64,000 nt of DNA from Ptychomitrium polyphyllum (GCA_973851085.1 OZ316775.1:11780001-11844000); one strand, 5' to 3'. Shown: positions 1 to 16,300, counted from the stretch's first letter. Notes: generated from the letters alone by a model not told the origin. Made by a program: numbers and translations.

Positions 1-3000
1 CAAGTAAAGTTAATTTGAATTCAATCTAATGATGTTAATTAAATTTAACACTAGAATGAAGGAAACTGGCTCCTGAAATTTTAAGTATAATTTTTAAGTA
101 ATGAAACTTGTAAAGTTGGGATTGAATCTTTGACATTAATTGCAAAAGTAAATCAATTGAATTTTGGTTATATATTAATGTTCATATATTAATTGAAAAC
201 GCAGGTGAATTTAAAAAGATGTATTTTGGTCATTTTAGTCAAAACACATATTTCCATTCAATCATTGGCATGAGTAAGGCCTATCTCTTCCACATATTTT
301 TTTTCTTACATTAATTTGAATTAACCTTCTTTTTTAACACTATCATTTTATAATTCCATGTATCCAATCTCAACAAATTACCATTGTTAGTTAAGTGGAA
401 ACTACCTTTGATAAGATTTCGGTGGTTAAATTGATGAATATGCTTCTTTTTAGTCTTTTTATAGTTATTAGCCATAAAATATATAATAATGAAATATTTT
501 ATTTTAAATAAAATAAATCAAATCCATGTAATAGAAGAATAAGATTGTAAATCAAGTAAAAAAACATTCATGTTAATTATAATAATTTTTTAAAATTTTA
601 AAAATCTATCAAAAAATTTCAAATTAATTACAATAAATATTCAAAAGACCTAATAATTTTATTGCAATTATAGGAGAATGTGATAATTTATGAAGGTGAA
701 AATTGAATATATTGTAAATATTTTATTTGTCATTTCAAAGAAAACTCACTATTAGTATTAATATAAGTATCTTCTTCATTCAAATTTTCTTCTATATAAA
801 TTATAATAAACACCTTTTAATTCTTTCTATATTAAATTATTCATAGCTTTTAAAACTTTGCATGTCTAAGTCATTTACAATAAGGAATATAAAATTAATA
901 TCATGGTTTAAATTTTAAACCATAAAATATTAAGCTTTTATTTTTGGAGAATTATTGCAACACAACTTAATATTATTTGTATATTGATATTTATGAACTG
1001 ACTTTTCAAAGAATATGATGAAGCTTAATTAAATCATAAATTTCACTTCTTTAAACTTGAACATCTTTAAACAAAAAATTCAAAGTCTATTAATTTAATA
1101 ATTAAAACTCTAAGATTTTTTTATCATGAAATTTAATAAAGTTCCATTATTAAATTGCATATTACATACACAAAAGCTTCAATTCTTTTTATTAAGAACT
1201 TATAATATGATAAGGGCCAAATTTGAGTTATTTCTTAATATCAATGAGGTAGTAAGTTGGAAATTTGAATTTCAAATGGAAATTGTTATTTAAAAGAGAC
1301 TTAAAATAAAAATTATTTGTATGGTAGTGCATCTTGTGTATCACAATACGTTCAACTTTGCTTCAAAAAATTTCTTATTTTATTAAAATTACATGTAATT
1401 TTTATAAAGAACAAATTGACATACATTATAGACACTCAAGATTCAATTGAGTGTATTCTACTATTCCGTTACAATCTAATTTCTATAATTCTTACTTGTA
1501 TAATTTTAACATTACTACAATTGGGTTACATTTTGCATTCTTAAGTTAGAAGTCTAGAGCCAAAAAAGAACATCACCAATCAATTGTTAAATTAATGGAA
1601 ATTCAATTTAGTACAATGTCAGAAATTGATGATTTATGAATAACATATCATTATGAACTTTAAATGAAATAACTGTAGAAAAGAAGTTCAATCTAGGTAT
1701 GTTCTTCCAACTTATAAGAGCTATAACACTATAAGAGTTAGAAACTCACTGGCCCCATATGCCTGACAATTAAAAGGTCAATTTGTACAATATCACCCAC
1801 ACTACACTCCAAACTTCAATTTATTGTGATGTACACTAGTTTTTACTTTCACCTTTACATCTTTTGATGGACTTCCACTACAACAGTCCTTCTATCAGAA
1901 AAGGTGAAGATTAGTTGACGAGCTCTCATACTATCCTTACGCTTTGATTTAGGTGAGAAGAATATTCACGGCATAAACTGATTTCATCGCATAAAAACAT
2001 TACGGTAATTAGTGTGGCCCACAGAATTAGGTTGTCAGTGGAGCTATTGGAAGCAGGCACAAACTGGGCCACAGGTTATTCCCGAATGGAAAGAGGCCAG
2101 ATTGCAATACTGCATGGGCAAAGCTGCAAAACTGTAATATAGTGCTCAGATCATTAATGGCTATGCTGCTCTCTGATGGTGAGCTCTGCAACAACACTGG
2201 CACTGGGATCAGCTGCTCTCTTCTGGGGAGCCTTCGGGTTTGACCCTTTGAGACTCGGCACACATGAATCATGCATTCTTACCACCACTGTTCCATCCCA
2301 ATTGCGGACTTGCAGGTTGCAGCCCACCCAGTTTGCCAAGGGGAAAGCCAACCTCTCGGAACATCTAGCTTACCGCTCAGTTGTGTCCAAAACTCAAGGC
2401 CACCACGAGGGTTCCCATGATCCCCGCGTGCTGTCTGTGATGATGTCTACACTGATGCAATTTATGATTGTAAGCTGGCGTGAAAAAGCACGATGTAGAC
2501 TTACTGCGCGTGGCTACAATAAATTTAGGAAAGGAAGTGATCGAATCTGGAAGATTCTACAATATTCTTGAATTTGGATGAACCCTGAATCTGGGAAAAA
2601 GAGGTGCTGTTTGGTCACTCCCATGGGATTTTCATTCCATGAGCACCTAGGGTGTCACTTCCTTATCAAGATCCATATGCTTCAATTAGGTGTTGACTGG
2701 GGAAAGGCGCACGCACGCATATGGACCGACTGATGACAAGAGGAATACTGCCCAGTGGCTTACATGAAGCTGACGTACCATCCTGGCGTTCCACTTTACG
2801 TGTCATGAACATATTATGAAGACTTCCTTAAGCATAATGATCTGACTTTGTGATCAGCTAGCAAGAATATCACCAACATGGAGCCGGTCTTCATTGATCA
2901 ATCATTAATTGATCCAAGGGGATCGAGTTGCTCGCCTCAATTACCTATTCCAGTTGTACCTGCGATACTACTGTCGGTTCATGCGGCTTAGCGGCTTTCT

Positions 3001-6000
3001 CTAGTCTGTATTTGCGTTTGTCCATTTGCAGCTTGTCACGAGGAGGTCGTCATGCTGAGTGCAAGCTACCGGATTTCTCTTTGTCGAAAGTTTGTACCCC
3101 TGTTCAAATTTTAACCCATCTTTGAGCGATTGATCTCAACTATGGCCGCAAGTCATTGACTGAGCAGATAGGTTGTCTTATCTGAGCAACAATTTTATTG
3201 GCAGAGTAGCCGTTCACTTACGGAGTGAGAAAAAGGAAATCAGTTCATTGACATCTTATTTGTTGGAGCAGATGACATCTTACAGTTGTATTTCAAGGTC
3301 AAGGCCACCTTCGATATGTCGATGATTGAGCATTAACTTATTTTACAACAAGTCTCGTGTCACTAAACTCGACGCTATTTTCATCCGTGAATGATTACTT
3401 GACTGCATTCATTAGATGGAATGAAAGTGACACGTGACTCTGGCGGATTGGATGCAAATTCAACTTTCATAGGGTTCACTTTCTGCGCGCTGTTGTCTGA
3501 CGACAGTGCAATATGAACGTGTAATTGCCCCTTGAATATCTCGTGTGACCCTTCACGATGGCTCCGGAGTGGCAACTCCCCTGCATTAGGAGCTGACGTA
3601 TTAGCACTTGTAATTGCAAATGATTACTTCTTCTACATTTCTTATTGGAAACCGTTAATTGTGCAAATACTATGAAGGTTATGACCTTATCGTTTTGTTT
3701 TAGAAACTTATAATTTGACATTTTTCTTTTTAGAGGTGGCCTTGTTCAAACCATTTCTTATTGGAAATTATATCTTATGTTTTAGAGGTTTGTTTCAAAG
3801 AGAAATATTCTTTAGAATAATAAGATAAGGTTTCTTGGTAGGGGGATTTTGTTTATAATAAGAGAATGCTCTTCCTAATATAATTTTTTAATTTTAAATC
3901 TAAACCAAAGCCATTTTCATTATTTGTAATTTGTCATCCTAAAGAAGGTGGATTTATAAGATTAGGCAATTGAGATCACCAATTACTTTTAACATTAATT
4001 AGGGCTTCCATTACAACAGTTGCCAAAATAATTTATTCAAGAATTTCAAAATACTAAAATGATGCACTTTCGTTTTAATTGATTGAAATGTTAATACTCA
4101 TTGGCTACATGATTGACTTGACAACACGATGGCAAAACATCTTCAAATCAATAAGATATTGCCTAGCTTATTAAAAATTTGTAGGCTTCATCAACATGCA
4201 TTGTTTTTTTACAAAACTGACTTGAGAAATTTCCTTCTCAAGTAATGAAATTGCAAGTCCAATTTGGTTTCTTATTCCAAAATCTCATTTACTTTTCTTA
4301 TATTTGTAAAAAATCATTTGTAATATGAAAAGGTTATAAATGATGTTTCCACAAGTACTACTAAAGGCCAACTTTTTAAAAAACATTTTTGAAAATGTTC
4401 AAGACTATATTTTGGATTCATTCATTAAAAATTTATAATAAGCTATAATAAGTTCTACCAACAAAAATATACTCTTTTAAACAGTTTTGAATGCATATTA
4501 TGCAAAAATTTCATCATATAATTATATTTTACAAATAACTACAGAAATATATGTTTAATTGAAGTCAAAATTAAAAAATAGTATTTTTCTACTTAATTTT
4601 ACATGGCACAAAAAACCATGTCATTTTTTTATATATATAAAATCTTGATTATATTTACTATTTTAAAATCCTACAATATATTTCACATCTATATTTGCCG
4701 CTATTTTGAACAATTATAAATATATTTCAATGTTTAAAATTCTACTTATAATACAATAGAAATTTATACTATATTAAGTTACACAAATGTCTTCTGATCT
4801 TATGTCATGTAAAATAGAGAGATAGTTGTAGAAATTAGCATGTTGCTTAATAAACAACTGAGTTTGTTTCTTTTGCAATATCCTTATATAATAATCATTT
4901 CAAGCTTTGATTTTATGCATTATCTTCATATTAAAAAATACAAATGTCAATTGAATCCAATAACAACTTTTGCCTAATCAATTTAATTTCTATATTCAAG
5001 TCAAATAACTGACAAATTAGTTGCATATTACATTTGGTCCATTATAAAAGCGTTTGGATGTTGTTGGCCAATATTATAAAGCTAAAAATTCCAATAAGTG
5101 ATTTAATACATGAAGTAGATTGTGATTATATGGAGATTGGTTGCACTAGTATTGGATTCATAAATATTCATATTACTCTTTAACTATCTGCAATAAAAAA
5201 TAGCAAAATACATTTGAAAAAGATTGAACTATTACCAACAAACAATGTATATACAAGCATTGAAATTAAAAGATTTAAAAAGATCTTTTAAATCAACAAA
5301 CAATGTATTATCTATTCTTTTAAATTTTGTATTTTTTCATCCTATTGTAGTGAAACTCAAATTTTTGATAATATCATGTGTGTCAATATACATATTTATA
5401 TATATGACATTATAAACCATCAATATAATATGATTGTTTAATTTTTATTTTAAAAAATAACTCTTTTGTATATAAATTGATAGAAATGTTAGCAAATAAT
5501 ACAATAAAATTAGTAAATAGTCACAACTAAAACTTATTTGATGAAGATTATTGAAACGCTTTTATTGTATATATAATTTAATGAAATAGAAATATGCTTA
5601 TTTATATTTATATTACTATGCCACTCTATATACCTATGTATATATTTAAAGTAAAAATATATATAATAAAGGTATTCATAATGAATATTTGTACAATCAT
5701 CATATTAACATATTTACAATCACTATTTTTTTCTTAAAATTCTAGGAATTCTAAAGAATTCTCGCACTTTTAAAATTTTGCAAATGCATTCTTTGCCATT
5801 GGATATTTAAGAGCAATTTTGAACTAGACTTTCTTCATTATTGTAAAGTCACTTAAATATGAGATTTAAAAAGTATAGTATTAAATCCTATTGTGTTTAG
5901 ATATTCTTATAAACATAAAAGGATATTGAAAAGAAATTTATTGTAAGTCTTTGAATTCCAAGAACTTGTTTGAAGAATGATTTGATATCAATATATTTTA

Positions 6001-9000
6001 TATAGCATCAAAATACATGATCAACAAATTGGTACAAAATCTATACGCATTTAGTGAAAATTCAAAGTTTTCATTGATAGATTTACTTTGATCTTTAACA
6101 GAATTTTTAGTCAATCTAAAATTGTGACATTTTCATAGATGCAATGCTGGTAAGCAATTTTTTTTCCAATGCTTCAAGTTGAAGAGTCTAAAAGGTGGCA
6201 TTATTATTGTGCTAGAAGCATCATCATCTAAACATTTGATCCATTTCTTTTTACAAGCGCTTATTCTATTTTTAACTTTTATTTTACATCATGTTGATGA
6301 ACTTTGGTTTTTGTTAAATTAGTTGAGTGTTTTTTTATTCACGATTGATTTAAACCATTGGATATTTATTATAGTGAAAAAAAATACAGCATCCACAGAA
6401 GTTCTTGTATCTATTCACTTTATTTATTTTGTATAAGTTATTACTCATATTATTTATCACATTTAAGAATTGGTATAATGGTGGGCCTCCATTTAGGAAC
6501 TAATACAAGAATTGAATCTAGAACTTGTTGAAACATGTATGACTAGCAGTTAAATCTAGAAACTTGAAAATTATGTGAAAAATGTAGATTCTGGTTGCAT
6601 TACTTTACATGAACCCATAATTTAATAGCATTCAGTCAGAAACTTTGGTATTTGAATGAAATGGCTATCTGGTTGACCATTGCAAGATTAAGCATTTCTT
6701 GGCTCGACTAAAGCTCAAGTCCTCAAAACATGATGTCTCCAAGGAAGCAACTTTGAAATTATTTTGTTCAAAAACCATACTAGAACATTTATTGCAATTG
6801 GTTTTAGAAATGAAAGCAAGACCTTTTTTTTGAAAGTAAAATGTTACAGTTTGAAGAATCTACACCACTCCAGAAACATCAAAATCCTTTGGAAACAGAT
6901 ATAGCATATTATTGAAATGTTTTGCAATTTGTATAATTTCGATGGAAGATTTAAAGCCGTAACCAAATTTATTAGAAGGATGGAAATTTCAAGTACAAGG
7001 TATGTTACAAAATACCTTTCGAGTTTGAACTGGTCTTGAGTTACAAGAAAATCTATTCAAGAACTGTTGTAAATTATTCAGATTGATTAACAAGGGATTG
7101 AAGCCATGGATTCCTAGGAGAAGAATCTAGGAGTTGCCACCCCAGCATAAAGAATAGTAGACTCTGCCTTAGCTAGCTTCAAATTGGTCTCAGCTGTAAA
7201 TTAGATATATAAGAATTTTCACTCACTTGGAAATTTCTTCACAGATCCGTCCAATCCATTCTAGAATGATATGTCAACTTCTGAGACTTCTGGCGGTGCG
7301 ACTGAAGGCAGTCTTACGATAGCAGCACTTTGAGACCACTTGCACAAGATTGTATAGCACCAGTATTCTCTCACTCCACAACATCGGCGTCATCAAGCTG
7401 ACTCTAGTCCCTCTCCTGTGCAGAAGCAGTAGAGAAGCTGCTTGAGAGATATCATTATACTACTGAAAATTTATAAACTTGTTGCTTGAATCCAAACGTT
7501 TGTGTGTAAAGGAAGTTGTACAATCACATAGTTTTCATTGCACTCTTGAGTCTTGACGAATTCTTCCTATACAAACCGCTGTTCGCCTCTAAGCATTAGA
7601 GACAAGACCTTGACTGCATCATGGTCCCAATCTCGCTACGAACTCTGGCGCACGTCAGGTCACCGTCTTTAATGGCTCCACCAGAACATCATGATACATA
7701 ATTGGCCTTTACACATAGTATCATCGCTTTTGGAAATTGAACTCAAAAAATAAATTAATTGTGTTCCGCTGGACTTACTTTTCGGCGTTTAAAAACAAAA
7801 TCGACGCCAATGGATTCATTATATATACAAATATCACACAACCTTTGTATTCAACCCCCAGCGACCGTTGATACGACCTCGTACTCGGCCTGTTATGAGG
7901 ACTAAAATTAACTACTATAAGTTTGTTCGAATTGACTTGTCCATGTGGAGCCACCAGATTTGTGGATGATGAAGGTCCACACTAGCTATGACGAGGGATT
8001 TCTCGAGTTGTTCAATTTTTTTAAGTCAATGGGCCAGTGTTGTGCCTTCTCAAAAATAGTACGTTAACACAACATATCTTAATATAGAATCGTTCAATTC
8101 ACGGTCGTAACGTTTGGCTGACGGACGTCAACGTATGAGATCCCCACCAGATACTATTTTTGGAGCTAGAATCAGGATAAACCGCAATTTGTCTCCAAGG
8201 AAAATACGGTACCTAGAGACAAGTACAAACCAGGTGTTGACAAGCATGACCACCTTGAATTGGTTGGTCCGGCGCTATTATATCGTCACTTTAGTAATCC
8301 TGTACCTGAGGCCGCGCATTCAAGCTGGTACATACAACTAGTCTAAGAGTTCTTTTCCGTGTACATCACAGGAAAGATTCTCCCTGAGCTCCAGCGCGTG
8401 ACCATGCTTGTGTTGGTAGCTTTTTAAACCAGCTGTGACTCGAAACCAATCCGATGGTGTGGTGTTGCAGTGCTGTCCTTCTGATTAAAGTTCTTCAGGA
8501 GGTACTACACTTTCAGTCATGAATAAACAACTACCTGGCTCGGCCCTAGCTTTGCAACAGAATGTGGATTTCTTCATCATGTGAGTGGACAACTTTAAAT
8601 TTGATTCGTCAAATGGTTCGGTCTGGTTCCGTGCATCTTGGCCAAGACTAACCTAAGTAGTGGCTCAGTCAATAGCACATACATAAATCGAAAAGGAACT
8701 TGTAACGGGCTTGCATTGGAGTCGTGGTCACCTCATGCCTTAAATATGAGATCATTCAACGTCGATCTATGACTAGTAACTACAATTTCATCTGGCAATC
8801 ATTAGAACAGTAACGTGGCCCGTCTGTATGAACAAAAGTTGTGAACACCCAGCTCTGGTGAACTCAAAAACTTTCAGCTTTATGCCAGCTCAAGAAAAAG
8901 TGCAACACGATTCGTAAGCTATGTAGCTATCTTTTCCACATTATGTTAGAGAGTTGACACATCAGTTGCAACTTACATGAATTCTAAAACCTTTATACAT

Positions 9001-9031
9001 CAGTTTTAAAAGAAAAATTAGAGCACATTTC

Positions 9032-9037
9032 ATATAC

Positions 9038-9085
<48 letters not shown>
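9032..9085. repeat. (TA)n microsatellite
   Basis: Run of TA dinucleotides preceded by a few TACA units. Confidence 0.9.
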
Positions 9086-9090
<5 letters not shown>

Positions 9091-10479
9091 ACTCCACGCT
9101 GCCAATGGTTAAAGCTGGACATGCCAAGACGTCAAGACTCAAAGAGTCTCCAAGCCCAGACGATTTTAATGTCCGTGTACGTTGTTATTATGAGTAAAGT
9201 CCTCATTTTGAGATCCACATTAGGACTTCCTAGATCGTTCCATGAATTGTCAGCTTGGCAAACTGGAAGCGACTTCCAATACTTCGTGTTGATGAAGTAA
9301 GTTGGAAGCAGATGTGAACTGGGCTTTGGCCTAGTACCTCCACATGATATTTGCTATTGCTCACATAAACGTAGAGGGGACCTAAAGTGGCTGGAAAACC
9401 GAATTTTGACTAGAATAATGTTCTTATCTATTTAGAAACGGGGGCCTGAAATGAACATAATTACCACATGATATGCATTTCAGTACGCTTTCCTAAATGC
9501 ACATTCTACTTTACTACTGTAAATCCGAAGTAGTCGGTGTACCATTAGTGCAGTAGGGTGCCAATGTTTCATTTGCCCTACACCACTACAATGGCTGTGC
9601 CAACGAAGCGTTAGCACATATTACTGGAAAGGGTGGTTTTTAATTCCCAGGGTAGACTTGGGCGTCTGTGCAGAAAGAGCCAACCATGTCATGTTCCTGA
9701 GCCTTGCATTTCTTCTGACATTGTAGGATAAGAGAAGGCTAGCAGCCTAAATTTGCAAAGCATGTACATAATTTGGAGGAAACCACAGTGCACTTGACGG
9801 TGGTGATTATGATGATTATCTACCCCACAAAGACCTTGTTTGACCCCTTGATGACTTCCCAAAACTTTATGGCAGCTCTTGAACACTAACACAGTTGTAC
9901 CTAACATCACCCACCTTGGTTCGGATTGCGGGCCCATGATATTAGAGGAATCTGAGGTAAGAAATGGATGGATGAAGCCTTACTAAAAATTAAATTCTAT
10001 TTTCACAAGATTTTCTGATGCTGTTAGAGATGGCTTCTAAAGTTCTCTGTCTGTTTGACTTGTGGAACTTTAAGTAATCATATTTGTACTTGTATTTTGT
10101 TTGAAGAACAAATTTAATTCATGAACAGAGATAGAACTCTCTGCAGAGGTAATAGTGAGCAGTCCACAAGAGACTGTGGATCCAAGTCTTCAATCAAGGT
10201 ATTATTTTACTGAACTGTATTTAGTAAGTTTCTGGAATTATACTTTTTTAAAGCTTTTCACAGACTTTTATAGAAGCATGTGGAAATTTTGTCATATTGA
10301 AGGTTAGGGTGTTTTTGACCTTGTTTAAGTTGTTTACTTTAAAAATGTATAAAATGGAGCTTAGATTTTAAGTTTATTTTTAAATCACTCTTTTGCATAA
10401 TTTAGTTCTTGAATTTTTAATTGGCTCATAGAAGGTAATTTTTTCATCTTATTTCTATAAGAATTAAAATTTAACATCT

Positions 10480-13300
10480 ACTAGTCCATTTTTGTCATGT
10501 ATCAGTTTAATCTCAAGATGGTTAATTAAATTGATTAAATTTTTTGGAGCACAAATTAGGCTTACTTTTATGGCAAAATATTCTTTTTAAGTTTATAAAT
10601 TTTCTACCATAATTTCAGGTTTTAAAAGATTAAATGTTTTTGGATTAAATTAAGGATTATGTAGCATTGTTGACCATATTACATGTTTCAATATTGAATG
10701 CACAAAACCAAAAAAAATCTCTATTAACAATTAAAACATCTTTTAATACATTTTTCATTTCAGTACCATCTTCTTTTTAACTTTAAAATGACTTTTTGAA
10801 TGTATTTTGCCTCACTGGTTTTTAAACGTATATTATTTGAATAATTATTGAAATTTGAAATTTGGTTTTAAACTTTAAAAATATATGTTGTTAATTTGGA
10901 AGTATAATTTATAACCAAGTTATTTATCATAATAACTTCCACACTATTAAGTGTTTTTCATAAAAATACTTTTATTGTAATTTTGTTCATAAATGAATCC
11001 AATGTAGATTTCTTGGAGTACTTTAATATTGAAGAATCATAATTAAGCTAAATGAGTATTAGAAAATTTAAATTGAATCTAATTTTTTTAAAGAAAATTC
11101 ATTCTTTTCCAAGTTGATGTAAAGTTGGTTGTTGCTTAGCTTTTGGAACACCTTCTTCAAGTTCTTTTCACAGTATTTCTTTGTTTTGGAAAATACTAAA
11201 ATATTGTCAATATACACTACCACATAATCATCCAATTTCCTATGAAAAATAGAATTCATGATGATAATAAAGGTAGCAAGGTTGTAAAGGAATTGCACAA
11301 TTCAAAAGGCATTACAATATACTTGTAAAATCTATACCTAGTCCTCATTGTTGTTTTATAAATATCTGCCTCATCTATTTAAATTAATAGTACCTCAAAT
11401 TCAACTTCTCTCTACTAAGGTACTTAGCTCATACCAATTTATTCAATAAGTCGATTACTTTTAATGATGAGTAATTTTTTTTTATCATGACTTTATTAAG
11501 GGCCGGAGAGTCAATGCGCATTCTTAATTTTTTCATCTTTTTACTTCTAAGAAAATTCAAGCTTGAAAAGATAATTTGTTTAGCTTGTTGTAACTTCTTG
11601 CAAGACATCCATTAATTTTTATTTTTGAGTTCAATCATATCCACTTTATTAAAGTGATAACATGCTTTATTAATGGTTCAAAGACATGAATCAATATTTC
11701 TAAAGTAACTTGCTTGTCCAAACATCTCAAAATTTATGCAATACATTTTGAAAGGGTTAGATTTAAATAGGAAAAGTTAATATATATATATATAATAGAT
11801 AAGAAGAATATATTCTTCATCAATACAAACTATTCCTTATAAAGCTTTAATTTCCTAATTAAATTTACACCTACCTCTTCCAAACTTGGAATCTAATAAT
11901 TGAAAAGACTTAAATGTCTTATCTACTTCCACCATCAATACTCCTATTGTGATTCTCTCTCTAGTTTCTACTCTGTTGAAGTTTAAGAAGGTGTTTTTTA
12001 ACACAAAGTTTATGCCACTTTGTTTGCACACTATGAAGAACTTTTCAAACTTCATTCCACCTTAAAAACTCACATCACATGCCACCCTTGTTCCTTAGCC
12101 ACTGCCTTCTCCCTAATTGGATTTGTAGTCACTTTCTTATCTAATTCCATCTTCTTCATGCACTTTGGTGTTACAAAAAAATTAATAATCCTTATATTAA
12201 ACAATATTCACATATTAATACTTTAGACTTGAATACTTAAATAAATCAAACCATTATGAAGTTTAATTATAATAAAATGTTGATTATATAGCCACCATCA
12301 TTTACCAAGGTTCTTAAGCTTAAACTTTGAAAAATTTAAAAAGTTTTTTTAAGATGTTGGTTTTAGCCACCCTTCATTCTTTTTTTTGCATTGGAGGTAG
12401 TTTTATTTGAACTCCTCCATATACCTTGCATAATTTTCTCCTTCCACTTCATACACTAAAGGCATAAACATCCAACAAATGTTGATGGCATTTTTTCCAT
12501 GTAAATAAGGCTTAGTTTTAACTTTTGTTTAGGAAATTGGTCCCTCTCCTAGTTTCTTAGTTTTCTTATCATCTTACCACAATTTATCCATAAAAAATCA
12601 CACTTAAGGCAATTATGCCTAAATGCAAGTAAGGCTTTTCTATACAACCATGTGCTTCAGATTCTTCAATGTGCCTCCACTTGATAGCCACCAAGTCCTC
12701 TAACTTGCTACTTCCCTCTCACTCTGCTCTGTGGTGAAGGCCATTCTATTATTAAATATAAATCTAGTATTCCTACACTTCAAATTTCAATCAAATTTTG
12801 CTTTAAAACTATAACCAAAGACATGGCCATATTAGTTGGCCACATTTAATTTATCCTTAGATTTTCCTCTAATTGGTGAAAAGTATTAGGTTCCGTTTTG
12901 ATATCCAATTCCTTTAGTTTTTATTTTTTTAATGTGAAAGTGCACTCTCCTTCATCTAGGCGCTTTTAACTTCTATGATTTTTCTAAAGTTCCAACTTAA
13001 CAAACCTTATTTTGTCACATTAAGTTGTAAGCATTTATGAAGTAATCGATTAAAAAATTTGGTCTATAATTATCACACTTTTTTTTTGTTTACCATTTGA
13101 ACATGAATGGCTCTATTATATGCTTTAGCTTCAAGATACACTTTGTAAAAGAATATTTTCATTGCCAAAATGCTCAAATGTTGCTCTTGCCTCAAACAAG
13201 CTCATTTAATCACCTTTAAATGGATCCCCTTACCAGCAACCCTTGTCATGGCTTAAATTTCATAAATATAGATGCTCTCACCTTTCAATTTATGAGTTAT
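10480..13300 (-). mobile_element. Heavily decayed Ty3/gypsy LTR-retrotransposon pol remnant (reverse transcriptase core about 11068-11530); outer boundaries approximate
   Basis: ORF 11068-11298 reads NSIFHRKLDDYVVVYIDNILVFSK, the YIDD motif region of gypsy RT. Just upstream on the minus strand are YIVMPFELC and RMRIDSPALNKVMIKKNYS (degenerate RMCIDYRALNKxTIKNxYP). Many stops and frameshifts and a strong AT bias; no LTR pair recognised. Confidence 0.8.
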
Positions 13301-13316
13301 CCACTGGACTTCCTCG

Positions 13317-13370
13317 TATGGTGTTCTTCTTTTATATGGTGTTCTTCTTTTGTATGGTGTTCTTCTTTTG
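13317..13370. repeat. 3 x 18-bp tandem repeat (TATGGTGTTCTTCTTTTR)
   Basis: Three near-identical units read directly from the sequence. Confidence 0.9.
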
Positions 13371-16300
13371 TTCAAGAAGATAATTAATGAAGTTAGAAAA
13401 TTAAAAAATAGTTTCAAAATTTAAAAAGGAATATTAGACAATAAAAACTTCCATTATTTTTATACAATGTCTATTTATAGAATATCACTTGATGTAATGT
13501 ACTCCATTGATTATAAAATCTAAAATATATACATCTATTATTGATATTTTAAAAATCACCTATACTTATTATTATAAAACCATATATATATATATATAGT
13601 TTAAGGATATTAATGATTGAAGAAATGTTGCAATGCACTTTAACAAATATCATTCAAATATTATACAAATAAATTTTACATTTTAAACTTCTAAATATAA
13701 GTTGCACTAAAAATCAATGTTTAGTTTGATACTCATATAATTTACATTCTTACAATTCACGTTTAGTTTTCATATGAATTTTTGATTTAGTTTATGTGCT
13801 ACTTTTTGTGGTTATTGCATATATAAATTCTTAAAATCCACTCCAACATATATTTGTAAAATTGACTTCAATCAATTTAAAAATATTGATTACACTCCTT
13901 GATTTCCAAATATTAGAGTTTTTTCAGAAGATGTCAAAATCTAGAAATACTAAGCCTTATTTTGTGTAACCTTTTAATGTTCTTTTAATAGAATTATTTC
14001 CAAACACTGTTTTGATATGGAAAAGTGACGCACAAAATTAGACACTGAGCATGAAATTTTAACTTTTTTAATGGAATGACCAAAAGTAACAAAATGGTTG
14101 TTTATCTTCAAATTCTTTTAGATATGAGTTTTTAATTAATGTATGTATACCTTTGAGAAGTTTTATTCCAAGTGAATGCATTAAAGTAATTTTGGGGCAC
14201 TTTAACATATAAGTTTTTCATTTTAGATCTACATAATGAAGAACAAATTTCAAATTGGATTTTTCTTGTGGCAGAATGCACAGCACCGGCTAGGGTGAAA
14301 ATCTTCAGGTCTATGCCATGGAACCCTCCTCATAAAAAGCTATGGCCAACATCACTGAGATAAATGTTATATATGCTTGAGCAGAATTGAAAGGAAGCCC
14401 ACAATGAAAGAAAGGTGAAGCCTTGTCATCATTCAGAGGGCAACCCATTTTACAGCTCTGGCAAATAGGATTGCCTTTGATGTGTTGACTCAAAACTCAT
14501 GTGTTCACCCCCATCACCAACATCATATGTTTTGGATCTGGATTCAGCATCTGTCCTGAAATCATCCTCACAGGTTTCAGATCTCCAGACACTTGACTAG
14601 TGAGTGTTATATATGATGTTGCAGTGGTGTCTGCAATCAAGTGAGATGTTTACATTTTGTTTGCTGCACAAGGCATGCACAGTGATTCTGTGATTACATG
14701 TCATTGTTAAATGTCAAAAATTAACTTTTTCAAACCTAATTTCTGTTTCCATGACATTTTTTTAACATCTTTATATGATGGCTTTTTCCTTGAAAAGAAT
14801 TGGGCCCTTGTGCGGTGGGTACAACCATATAAAATTATTTTGGAAGACCTCCTTGTGAAATATCCTGAAAACACTTCTTTGGGCATTTTTTTACCATAGT
14901 TTGTATTGCTTGGCCATTTAAAGATGCCCTTTGCCATGAGGAGGGCTCCATTTCTTTTTCAGTGGTCAGTCTTTTTGAAAAAAATTTAATGCATTCTTGG
15001 GGATTCTTTTAAAGTATGCATTCACAGAAATTAAGAAATAATCTGGATGTGTAACTTATCTGTTTTTCCACAAATGAGATTATGTTCCCTTAATTTTTTT
15101 TAAATGCTATGTTTGTAATATACTGCCGAGCTTCTACATTTTTTTTAAAAAAAAATTCCTTAAAAAAGAGCTTGATTGTAATTGGAGCAACAAGTCCAAA
15201 AGTCAATAGAGTTGTTTCTAGCTAGATATGTTTTCCTTAAGTATAAATTCTAAGATTTGGACTCGTTCACTTCATTTATATTTACAAGTGGAACATATTC
15301 TAACATACAAGGTTTCATTGATTCTTGGTCAAATATTTTTAAAACCTATAGCTGATAGTACTATCTCAACAAACTAGATGAGAAGTAGATGAGTCTACAA
15401 ATAATTATATTAAATTAATTTAAAACAAGGACATTGATTATGTAACATTTGATATAACATTCTTTAGCAATTGAAGCAACTTATCTTCACCTTGAAAAGT
15501 GAGAAATCAATAACAAATAATAATGTGATTGTGTAAGAATACTGTTTGAAAGCATGACTCTACTATGGTGATTTAGCATACAAACTCCTTCTGTCTTTAA
15601 TAAAATAAGGATATAATAATAAGATTGCATCTTCTTGGCACCTAACAAAAATTTTAAAAATACTCAAGTTAAAACAAGGAATATCTATAATTTGTGTAAA
15701 GGTAAATTTTTTAAAATTGTAAACATATTTTAACATTTTATAAGTGTCCAAAACAAATCATGCGTAATATAGGGATTCAACAAAAGCATTCAATAAATAA
15801 AATTATCATATAGAATATATGATGGTTTTTGTTTAAAATGTTCCTTATACCCAAAGTACAATCAGAGGGGTCTTTGAAGAGCATTATGGAAATAGGGAAT
15901 TTGTTCTACATTGAACTGTTTGTACATTGTTTGACCCAATTTGCCAATCTGATTTACATTGTAATGGCTTCATGTAAAGAAACATTCACCATGTGAGGTA
16001 ATCAACACTATTAAAGATTCTTCCACACACAAGAAGTTCACACCATCACCATCTTGGAATTGTAAACATGCCCATTGTGGAAACATGCATTACTTATTAC
16101 AGTAAGACATAGTTGACCACAGTATCTAGGACCAGATTGTTATAAATTGTTTTATATGCCATGACTTTTCACTTTTTAAAATTTACAACAAGCACATTGT
16201 AAGCTACTGTAATATCCGGCTAAGTCAAAGATTAACCACACTCTAGTATTTCCTTGTGTCACTTATGAAACATACAGTAGCAAAATAAAACTGTCAATGA

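Noticed and set aside
1900..3700. GC-balanced island with overlapping 64-131 aa ORFs
   Set aside because: No recognisable domain or consistent exon chain.
1..6400. Short ORFs and AT-rich DNA, including a GDLN-like word near 3960-3985 on the minus strand
   Set aside because: Probably decayed transposon debris, but no motif series is long enough to assign a family.
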